Positions 49,817 through 58,023 of a stretch of 64,000 bases of DNA are shown in pieces (within the stretch, counting starts at the first letter, position 1; the number at the start of each line of letters is the position of its first letter). The notes beneath the pieces are model-generated. The model ran no database searches. It was not told the DNA's origin and worked only from the letters and a program-made list of their open reading frames with translations. The DNA is taken from the IMG/VR virus record IMGVR_UViG_3300027747_004168; one strand, written 5' to 3'. Source of the DNA: an uncultured virus (IMG/VR IMGVR_UViG_3300027747_004168) (taxonomy: Duplodnaviria; Heunggongvirae; Uroviricota; Caudoviricetes). The translations under genes and the position numbers were made by a program.

Positions 49817-50323
49817 ATGCTCGCCATCACCCTGAAGCGATTCCAGCACTACCCCCGCATGAGCGAGGAGACCGTCGCGTTCAACGCCGACCTCTCCTAC
49901 GAAGGCGTCACCGTCGGAACGGCGGAGAACGACGGCCACGGCGGATGCACCTTCATCCACCTCAACGACAAGGGTCGTGCCATCCCCGCCATCCTGAACG
50001 CCAGCAGAACCCCCGAATTCGGCGACGGCAAGATCAACGAGGACTCGCTCGCCAACATCGTGGACGACCTCGTGGAGAAGACGATCCATTCCAAGTGGGT
50101 GGAGAAGCAACGCAAGAAGGTGGAGAAGCAACTCGCCACGACCGTCCTCTTCAGCCGAAAGGGCGACAAGGACGGCTCCTTCCGCACCTACAACCTGAAG
50201 GGCAAGACCCCCGCCGAAGTCCTCGCCTTCGCCAATCAGGTCGCGGGACAGCCCGATGTGACCCGCGTCCTCAACCTCATGCCCTTCGAAGACGCCTTCC
50301 GACTGCTCGTCAAGGTCGATTGA
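49817..50323 (+). CDS. conserved phage hypothetical
   Basis: SEETVAFNADL...ENDGHGGCT. Confidence 0.75.
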   Translation: MLAITLKRFQHYPRMSEETVAFNADLSYEGVTVGTAENDGHGGCTFIHLNDKGRAIPAILNASRTPEFGDGKINEDSLANIVDDLVEKTIHSKWVEKQRKKVEKQLATTVLFSRKGDKDGSFRTYNLKGKTPAEVLAFANQVAGQPDVTRVLNLMPFEDAFRLLVKVD

Positions 50324-50417
50324 GGAGAAACCCCGCGGGAGGACGCCCAAGACTCCCGCGGGGACTCCCTCGAAAAAACCCAGACATAACGGAACACAAC
50401 CCGAAAGGAACGAAGCC

Positions 50418-50666
50418 ATGCACATCAACGAGATCAAGGGGTTCGCCAAGAAGGTCGGACTCGACGAGCGGTTCTCTGGACGCGACGCCAAGGTCGTCGT
50501 CATACTCCCCAAGGACGGCAAGAAGTTCTATGTCGCCCGAAACGGCGGAACAACCGAAAACCGCGACGAGGCCTTCGTCTACGACTACGACCGCCACGGA
50601 GTCGCACAGCAGGTCGAGCAGGTCATGAGCGTCATGGGAGTCACCCCAGAGGTCGTCGAGGTCTGA
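50418..50666 (+). CDS. hypothetical
   Basis: Motif promoter and AAAGGA. Confidence 0.65.
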   Translation: MHINEIKGFAKKVGLDERFSGRDAKVVVILPKDGKKFYVARNGGTTENRDEAFVYDYDRHGVAQQVEQVMSVMGVTPEVVEV

Positions 50667-50702
50667 TCCTCGAAACAACACCCGCCCAAGGGAACACCAG
50701 AC

Positions 50703-51068
50703 ATGAACGCCACCAACACACAACTCGACAGCCTGGTCGCCTTCCTTGAGAAGGCCCTCCCCAAGCTCCTCCCCGGCGAGAAGATCCGCGTCGAGAACGG
50801 GATCGTCTACGGCGCCGGCGACGCAGTCACCATCCAAGAGACGGAGATCGAACGGCCGAGCATCGCCGGCCCCAAGAAGTTCCCCGGCTGGACGGTCAGC
50901 GTCATGCACTACATCCCCAGCACCCAGTGGGAACCCGCCGACTGCGACGAACACGAAGTCGGCCAGTACCCCAGCTGGATCCAGGCCGCCGAAGCCTTCC
51001 TCGTCGAGATCTTCAGGGACAAGATCAACGGGGAGTTCGAACGACTGAGCCGACCCGACTTCTCCTGA
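50703..51068 (+). CDS. hypothetical
   Basis: Motif promoter at 50666. Confidence 0.65.
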   Translation: MNATNTQLDSLVAFLEKALPKLLPGEKIRVENGIVYGAGDAVTIQETEIERPSIAGPKKFPGWTVSVMHYIPSTQWEPADCDEHEVGQYPSWIQAAEAFLVEIFRDKINGEFERLSRPDFS

Positions 51069-51351
51069 AAAAAACCCAGGGAAAGGAATACCAGACATGA
51101 ACGCCACATCCGCCAACGCCCAGCTTGCCATCATCCAGAACCAAATGGACCGACTCGGAGACTGCACCACCGACGCCCCCATGGTCTTCGTCAACGGCTT
51201 CGGCCGCGTGTGTGCCAAAATACAAAGCAAGAAGCACGGCACAATCGCCGGATGGGGCGACGAGATCGAGGAAGCCCTCGCCTGGCTCTCCATCGAAATC
51301 ACCAAGACCGGCTGATCCTCTAAGAAACACCGCGAGCCAGGAACCCAAACC

Positions 51352-51522
51352 ATGATCCACATCCAATTCAAAACCGACAACGCCGCCTTCCAGGATAACC
51401 CGAGCGAAATCCAGGTCGTCCTCGACGAGCTGGCATTCAAGATCCAGAACAGCAAGCCAGGCGACAGCGGAACCGTGAAGGACTCCAACGGCAACAGCAT
51501 CGGTACCTGGACAAGGTCCTAG
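51352..51522 (+). CDS. 56-aa hypothetical; paralog of 53855..54025
   Basis: TDNAAF...KPGDSG..DSNGNSIGTW. Confidence 0.75.
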   Translation: MIHIQFKTDNAAFQDNPSEIQVVLDELAFKIQNSKPGDSGTVKDSNGNSIGTWTRS

Positions 51523-51620
51523 CGAAGGTGGTGCCCGCTCGAGCCTCCAGGGAAATCGTTCCCCCCTGGAGGCTCGCGGGACTTCCTCGAACGAACCCCA
51601 GAACACAGGAGAGAAGACCG

Positions 51621-51899
51621 ATGAGACCGATGAGAATCAGGGTTGAAGTTTCCGATCTGGACAGCATCAAGGCCGGGTCCGAACTCCATCAGAGAACCGC
51701 GGCACAGATCGCCCAGGACACCCTCGAGCCACACCAGATCAAGTACCTCAAATACGCCATGGAGCACCTGCACGAGGACGGCGACCTTGAGTTCGACGAC
51801 GACGCGGCCGTCAGCCTCGGCGACGACGACGGAGCCTATGTGATGTGTTGGAAGTGGGTTTCGTCCGAGGCTGCGGGAATCCCATCCAGAAACGAATAG
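51621..51899 (+). CDS. hypothetical
   Basis: GDLEFDDDAAVS..GAYVMCWKWV. Confidence 0.65.
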   Translation: MRPMRIRVEVSDLDSIKAGSELHQRTAAQIAQDTLEPHQIKYLKYAMEHLHEDGDLEFDDDAAVSLGDDDGAYVMCWKWVSSEAAGIPSRNE

Positions 51900-51960
51900 G
51901 CTCGCGGGACTTCCTCGAACAAACCCGAGAGCCACGGAACCACCAGAAAGGAACAGAACC

Positions 51961-52335
51961 ATGAGCCGCCTCAAGCTCGAGATGAGCATCAACGACGCCC
52001 TCTTCGCCATGAGCGACGGAAACCCGGGGGCAATCAGCGTCCTCATGGAGAGCATCGGGAGGAACCAGCAGATCGACCCCGACAGCGGCCTGGGCGAACT
52101 CGGACTCGTCCTCAACCTGGACCACCTGGAAGTCTACGGCCCGCGCATCTGGATGCTCTACAAGGACCTCTGCGGCGAGGACCTGCCCCGCACAACCGCC
52201 GTGGTCCGCGCCGTCCAACTCGGCATCCTGCCACGCGAAACCCTGGACGAGGCAATCGACGGCAAGACCACCATCGACATCGAAGACATCGTCAAGAGAG
52301 TCCAAACGGAACTGCCCGACTTCAACTTCTCCTAA
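51961..52335 (+). CDS. conserved phage hypothetical
   Basis: MSDGNPGAISVL...YGPRIWMLYKDLCG. Confidence 0.75.
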   Translation: MSRLKLEMSINDALFAMSDGNPGAISVLMESIGRNQQIDPDSGLGELGLVLNLDHLEVYGPRIWMLYKDLCGEDLPRTTAVVRAVQLGILPRETLDEAIDGKTTIDIEDIVKRVQTELPDFNFS

Positions 52336-52525
52336 GGAACCACGCCCAAGGGGAACACATACAGTTCGACCCCAAACCCCAGAGGAACCAAACCCATGCA
52401 CGCCATCCCCTTCGCCATCGTCTACATCGCCCTGTGGCTCATCGTGGCCACCGTGCAGGACTGAACCAGAGGGAGCAAACGCGGGGGAGGGAGACGCCCA
52501 AGCACCTCCCCCGCTCCAGTCCCGA

Positions 52526-52909
52526 CTACAGCCTCTTCAGCTGGTTCTGGAACTTCTCCCAATCGGCGTCGGACGTGTCCTCCGGCCTTTCGACATCCTT
52601 GCCGACCCTCTTGACATAAGTGTCCACGGTCTCGCCCGGCAAGGACGATGTGCTAGTCTTCGGAGCGGTATCGCCACCGACAACCGGCGGGAACTTCTTG
52701 AGTCCCGGCGGCATCTTGCGCTGGTTGATCTTCTTGCTCTTCATGCGCTTGGCGGTCTTGGAGCTGGTCTCGTGGGTCTTGGGGGTGTCGTTCCAGCGAA
52801 CCTTGCGGTAGCCGACGATCCTCTTCTTCCCGCCCACGGTCTTCCTCAAGGGTACGGTTCTCACCTTCTTGGCCTCGTTCATTATCTCTTCGAATTCGTA
52901 AAAGTTCAT
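52526..52909 (-). CDS. basic hypothetical, late-type
   Basis: TAGATA 5 nt before ATG; MNFYEF start. Confidence 0.65.
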   Translation of the reverse strand: MNFYEFEEIMNEAKKVRTVPLRKTVGGKKRIVGYRKVRWNDTPKTHETSSKTAKRMKSKKINQRKMPPGLKKFPPVVGGDTAPKTSTSSLPGETVDTYVKRVGKDVERPEDTSDADWEKFQNQLKRL

Positions 52910-52971
52910 GCCACTATCTATCCCCAGATCAGATTTTCCCTAAGGAACCTGGGCCCAGGGGAACCAGGACC

Positions 52972-53412
52972 ATGAACTCGGCACAGAAGAAGAAGCTCGC
53001 GGCCCTGGTCCTGGAACGCCTCCGCGCGGCCGGGCTCCAGACCAGCTCGCACATCCTGCGCTGGACGGAGACCATTTCCATCGGCCAACTCGGCCCGACC
53101 CTGGACCTGCTCGCCAGGAACGGATTCGAAGCCGTAACCCGGCACAGGTCCAGGCAGGGCGAGCGACACTACAACAAACGCCGGCCGCGGCACCAGAGAG
53201 CCGGCCTCGCCAGGTTCAAGTACGACCCGGCCCCCAGGGACAACAAGGGCAGGATCCACCTGAACCTCCTGACCTGCTGCAGCTACCACGACGCGAACGG
53301 CGGGGAGAAATGGGAACAGGTCTGGGTCGCCCTCGACAAGGACACCGCCATGAAGATGCTCGTCCTGGGAACTTTCCCGAGCGGGACAATAGCCGTCAAT
53401 TCCCCCCAATGA
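52972..53412 (+). CDS. paralog family A
   Basis: WVALDKDTAMKMLVLGTFP. Confidence 0.7.
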   Translation: MNSAQKKKLAALVLERLRAAGLQTSSHILRWTETISIGQLGPTLDLLARNGFEAVTRHRSRQGERHYNKRRPRHQRAGLARFKYDPAPRDNKGRIHLNLLTCCSYHDANGGEKWEQVWVALDKDTAMKMLVLGTFPSGTIAVNSPQ

Positions 53413-53509
53413 CTTGGCGAACTTTCTCGAGCGGTAAAGTTCCCCTAAGAAACCCCCGCCGACAGGCACACCACCCAGTCCGATACCAACCACCCCAAAG
53501 GAACGACCC

Positions 53510-53758
53510 ATGACCGTCCTCCGCACCCACCTCTGGTTCTACGCCGGCTCATCCGACAAGGTGTACATCGTCACCCTCGCCCGCAACGACGAAGGCAACT
53601 ATGTGCTGACCGCACATTGGGGCCGCAGGGGCAAGACGCTCCAGTCCCAGACCAAGGGCGTCTACGAAAACCAGTGGAGGGCAACCCGCGACTTCCGCTA
53701 CCTCGTCGCCAGCAAGACCCAGAAGGGCTACCAAGTCACCGAAGCCGTCGGCGCCTGA
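53510..53758 (+). CDS. WGR domain protein
   Basis: SDKVYIV...HWGRRGKTLQ...KTQKGY. Confidence 0.85.
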   Translation: MTVLRTHLWFYAGSSDKVYIVTLARNDEGNYVLTAHWGRRGKTLQSQTKGVYENQWRATRDFRYLVASKTQKGYQVTEAVGA

Positions 53759-53854
53759 ACAAGAGGGAGCGGGGAGGGAGGACATCGAACCCCCTCCCCG
53801 CAACTCCCCCCCTAAGGAACACCCGCACAACGGAACCAACACCACGAGGAACCC

Positions 53855-54025
53855 ATGATCACAATCAAGATCGAAACCGAAAACGCCGCCTTCCAGGAGA
53901 ACCCCAACGAGATCCGGGCCATCCTCGAGGACCTCGGCTACAAGCTGCAGGCCAGCAAGCCCGGCGACTCCGGCCCCATCAGGGACTCCAACGGCAACAC
54001 CGTCGGATCCTGGGCCATCAAGTAG
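53855..54025 (+). CDS. 56-aa hypothetical; paralog of 51352..51522
   Basis: TENAAF...KPGDSG..DSNGNTVGSW. Confidence 0.75.
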   Translation: MITIKIETENAAFQENPNEIRAILEDLGYKLQASKPGDSGPIRDSNGNTVGSWAIK

Positions 54026-55066
54026 TGGTGGTGGCTCCCGCTCGAGCCTCCCGGATTCGTTCCCCGGGAGGCTCGCGGGACTTCCTCGAAGAAACCCCCG
54101 GCCAACGGAATACATGGCACAAGGAGAAATGCCATGACCCTCGAGACCGCCATCCAGCTCGCCACCGAAGAGGCCCAGGCCTTCAAGGTCAAGGTCCTCG
54201 TCGTCGAAAGCCCGAACCACGACGGCATGCGGTTCTTCCCCTGCCGCCAGGACTGGCTCGAGGGATTCGGCCAGGGACACAAGGTAATGGCCGAAGCCCA
54301 CCCCAACGGAAAGATCCACACAAACCCCAAGGGAACAACCCCATGACCTGGCTCTACGTCACCGCCGCTATAGCGTTCCTCCCCCTCGCCGCCCTCATGC
54401 TCGAGGGGCCCTTCTGGTGCTTCTGCTGGTGCTTCTGCAAGGTCGACAACCTGCTGCAGGAACGGTACTGGCGGAACAGGCAGGGCCAGATCACCGCAGA
54501 GGACATCGAACGACTCCGCAGGGCATTCGACGAGTCGGCCTGATCCTCGAAGGAACCCCGCACGGACGGAACAACCGTCAGAGGGACGCGACGAGCATCC
54601 CCGAAAACCACCCGTTCGGAAAGGAACGAACGATGAAGAAGAACGAGAACCCCGCCGTCAAGGCCACCATCCGCGACTTCGCAGACCGCATCCGCGACGA
54701 GGGACTGTCGCCCTCCATGCAGGAAATCCAGATCGCCATCGCCGTCGAACGCCTCCGCGACGAACACGGCATCAGCATCGCCGAAGAACGCCTCGCCTCA
54801 ATGGTCGGCTGAACCGACCGCGAACCCGAACGCCAGCCCACCGTAAGAAAATGCGGTGGGCTGGCTGGTTCGCACCCCCCGCACAAATCCAGACCCGCCC
54901 ACGCGGGACAAGCCCGACGCGGGACGGGCAGGTGGCGACGAGGGGAAATCGTCAGGGACGACGAACCCGACCCGACCCATTCCTCGAACAAACCCGCCAG
55001 ACGGGGAAACGAAAGTGTGGCGGTCGTCGATGCGACCGCGAGACTTCGGAACGAAAGGAACGAGCG

Positions 55067-55516
55067 ATGGACATTCAGCGTTTCATGGAGTGCAAGGGTC
55101 AGTTCCTCACGGTGGAATACACCAGCACCTCCACCAAGCCCCGTGCGGAGTTCAAGGGCGTCGTGCTGACGAAGCGGGTTCGCATGGTCTGCCGTGCGGG
55201 CATCGACTTCGCCAACCTCGCCACCGTGCGGGAAGGAATCGCCACGGGCGAGCGTGGGGAAGTCCAGCCCCTCGCGTGGGGCGAATGGTTCGCGTTCCCC
55301 TATGTCATCAGCCACAAGGGCGGATACTACTTCCGCCTCTACCCCGTCGCGGGGAGCCGTCCGACCGTCATCTACACCGTGGACGGGGAGGAAGTGTCCC
55401 GCGAGGCTTGGATGGACTACCTCACCCCGTCCGACCGTGCGAAGATGGAGTCGGCCGACCGCCCCGACTGCATCACGGTCAAGGCGGAAAACTGCGAGTT
55501 CCCCCTCGCGGGCTGA
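55067..55516 (+). CDS. hypothetical phage protein
   Basis: AAAGGA RBS; LAWGEW..PYVISHKG.YYFRLY. Confidence 0.75.
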   Translation: MDIQRFMECKGQFLTVEYTSTSTKPRAEFKGVVLTKRVRMVCRAGIDFANLATVREGIATGERGEVQPLAWGEWFAFPYVISHKGGYYFRLYPVAGSRPTVIYTVDGEEVSREAWMDYLTPSDRAKMESADRPDCITVKAENCEFPLAG

Positions 55517-55699
55517 CGGGCAACGCCCCCTCCCCCCACACAACGGGGGGAGGGGGAACCCCGTCGGGATCGAAGGGGCGCCCCCTCCGTTTCGCCGAGG
55601 ATGTTTCGAGATCAAAAACCGAAAAATTTCGCTCGAAAAACCTGGGAGCTGGGGGCCTATAGGGGGGGTACCTCCGGGCCCGCACCCCCTTTTTTCTGA

Positions 55700-55885
55700 G
55701 GAGCCCCTTTGCGGCATTTCCCGGGACTCCGAAACCCTCCGCGCTGGCGCGGAAACCAGGTACCATCTCCCCCTTTGCGGCATTTCCGGGAACCCAGAAA
55801 TAATGGGGTTTTCCGCTGGGAATCGGCGCCGAGTCGGCCCCTGCGGCATTTCTGGGAACCCAGAAATAATGGGGTTTTCCGCATG
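55700..55885. repeat. direct repeats, second putative origin
   Basis: 41-bp TGCGGCATTTC(C/T)GGGAACCCAGAAATAATGGGGTTTTCCGC at 55776-55816 and 55842-55882; partial copy at ~55704. Confidence 0.65.
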
Positions 55886-55949
55886 GGCTGGGGGTTCCTG
55901 GGAGCGGCCCCGGGGGAATCTGGGTGACTCCCCCGGGGCCCCATGGTTC

Positions 55950-56894
55950 TCAATGGATGTCCGAGGACCCGACCGGCTCGATCCTGTCGGCCTTCCTGGC
56001 GGCCTTGTTGTAGGCGTTCACCACGAAGTTGGCGATGTTCACGGTCCTGCCGCGTCCGTCGGGGGTGCCGCAGCGGGTGCGGAGCCCGGCGGGGGTGAAC
56101 TTGGACAGGGTCTGGACGAGGGTCCTGCGGTTGACCTGCCCGCGGTTCTTGACGAGGACGGCGGCGACGGGGTGGAACACGGTCACCTGGAACGCCTCTT
56201 CGATGAGGCCCCAGGTCGACTTGATGACGTCGATGGTGTCCTCCAGGACGCCCCTCTCGTGGGCCCAGCAGACGGGGACGATGCAGGTGACGGGCACGTT
56301 GCCGGCCCTCTTCATGCCCTTGACGCACAGGCCCTTCCCGTTGAGGATGTTGGCCACGCGGATGCAGGTCTGGTCCCCGGCGGTGTGCTTGGCCTTGAAG
56401 ATGTCGGTGGGGGAGACCCTGGAGCTGTCGTTGCGGCCGGTGAACATGTCCGCCTCCTCCTTGCGGCCCGAGTCGGGGACGACCTCGCACCAGACGCTCT
56501 TGATGTAGCCGGGCCGGGACGCGTTGATCATCTCGATCGCGGCGATCCTGTGCTGGCAGTCGACCCCGAAGAACTTGCCGTCCCGGTCGGCCACCATGGG
56601 GATGCCGAGCTTCTTGATGTCGAAGTTCGCGGCGATCTTTCGGGCGTGGCCGGGCTTGAACTTCCGCTGGTAGGAGTGATCGAAGTTGATCGCGTCCACG
56701 CGGATCAGGCGGATGTCGGGCTTGGGCGGGTTCTCGCCGTAGGTCTTATGGGAGTCCCTCCCGAGGTTGGCGAGGATGGCCATCTCAAGCCTTGTGAGCT
56801 TCTTGGCCTTGGGGGCTTCTTTCTTGTCGGCCTTGTGGGCCTTCCCCCTTGTGGGCATGGGGATGGCGAGGGTGGCGGCATTCCTGCGTGTCAT
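55950..56894 (-). CDS. ParB/Srx-fold (DUF6551-like) protein
   Basis: DHSYQR, GIPMVADR, VDCQHRIAA (DGQHR-like), EEADMF. Confidence 0.7.
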   Translation of the reverse strand: MTRRNAATLAIPMPTRGKAHKADKKEAPKAKKLTRLEMAILANLGRDSHKTYGENPPKPDIRLIRVDAINFDHSYQRKFKPGHARKIAANFDIKKLGIPMVADRDGKFFGVDCQHRIAAIEMINASRPGYIKSVWCEVVPDSGRKEEADMFTGRNDSSRVSPTDIFKAKHTAGDQTCIRVANILNGKGLCVKGMKRAGNVPVTCIVPVCWAHERGVLEDTIDVIKSTWGLIEEAFQVTVFHPVAAVLVKNRGQVNRRTLVQTLSKFTPAGLRTRCGTPDGRGRTVNIANFVVNAYNKAARKADRIEPVGSSDIH

Positions 56895-57194
56895 GTTCTT
56901 TTCCTTTCGTGGATGTGTGGGCGTGATCCGTTCACGCCTTCGCTAGGTTTATACGGAGCGGCGGGGTCCCCGTCAACTGGAAAAACGCTTCGGGGGATTT
57001 TTTTGGTTCGCGGGCACCGTCCTCTGGGTTCGGTTCGTGTCGGGCTCCGTTCCCTTCGGAGGGCACTGCGGACGATCGCGGGGTTCTACGCCCGTCGCCA
57101 CGCCTCGTTCCCCTTCGGGGCTGTTCCGTCGGGGTTCTGGGGCTTGGGTTCCGTTGCGGGCCCGTCTGCGGGGTCGGGTGCGGCTGTGGGGCTT

Positions 57195-57857
57195 TCAGGA
57201 GCCGCCGAGGGAGTCGAGCCACTCGTAGGCCGCGTCGTTCTGGGGTTCGATCCCCGTTATGAACTCGACGGGGAGGTTCCTGGTTTCCAGGTTCACGTCG
57301 TTGCCGTCGCCCCCCACGCTGATCCCGAACCTTTCGGCGGCCCTGTCGGAGATGGCCAGGACGACCCCGCCGTGGACGGCGTCTGGCCGTGGGGTGCCCG
57401 TCCTGATGCCCCTGGTGGCCTTCTCGGGCGGGACGAGGCTGTGTATCTCGTCGGCGGCCCTGTGGTGCGACGGCTTGGACATGTCCAGTCCGTGCGAACT
57501 CATGATGTGGTGTCTCTCCCCGATGTGCTTGGCCCAGCCCAGTGCGTCCTCCATGGGGCTTTTGAACCCCCTGTGGAGAGGCCCCCTGAAGTCCAGTTCC
57601 ATTGCCCTGCGGTTCCCCGGGTTGGGGACGAGGTGGATTCCGTAGGCCCTGCCCTTGTAGTGGTCGCCGCCCGAGACGCCGGCCATCCCCCTGGTGACCG
57701 TCAGGGAGCCGGTGGCGAGGGCGTGCTCCAGTGCCTGTACGCTTGTACCGTGGTATCCGAGTACGGACGCGTCGCCGGGGTCTATGCCCCTCTGGAACGC
57801 CCTTGCGAGGTGCGATCTGGCGGGTTCGGGTCCCTTCAGGAACGACTTGAAGTTCAT
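57195..57857 (-). CDS. hypothetical, possible ADP-ribosyltransferase fold
   Basis: LGYHGTS, YGIHL; MNFKSFL start. Confidence 0.5.
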   Translation of the reverse strand: MNFKSFLKGPEPARSHLARAFQRGIDPGDASVLGYHGTSVQALEHALATGSLTVTRGMAGVSGGDHYKGRAYGIHLVPNPGNRRAMELDFRGPLHRGFKSPMEDALGWAKHIGERHHIMSSHGLDMSKPSHHRAADEIHSLVPPEKATRGIRTGTPRPDAVHGGVVLAISDRAAERFGISVGGDGNDVNLETRNLPVEFITGIEPQNDAAYEWLDSLGGS

Positions 57858-58023
57858 TTGGGCCTCCTGGTCTGTCCGTCGTCGGACGCTGTGTGGCTGT
57901 CCGCGGGGCCCTCCGCCTCTTCTAATGTCCCCGCCCACAGCCCGAAGTCCATGCCGTATGTAGGCATTTAGGAAGAATTCGCGCCGGGGGCCGATTCCGC
58001 AGACTGGCGTTCGCTCTGTCCTG

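Larger units (their letters stand above)
2245..55010 (+). promoter_or_regulatory. dispersed family of ~80 copies of CCTC(T/G)AAG(G/A)AAC-N11-GGA, putative phage early promoter or cassette boundary
   Basis: Examples at 7668, 10668, 13446, 21687, 28335, 31449, 35401, 41709, 45120, 51315, 54082; all on +, just upstream of genes, with near-constant 11-nt spacer. Confidence 0.85.

Noticed and set aside
2245..55010. CRISPR array or classical integron formed by the repeated motif
   Set aside because: Copies are degenerate and separated by whole genes of variable length; no cas or intI gene and no GTTRRRY partner site in the window
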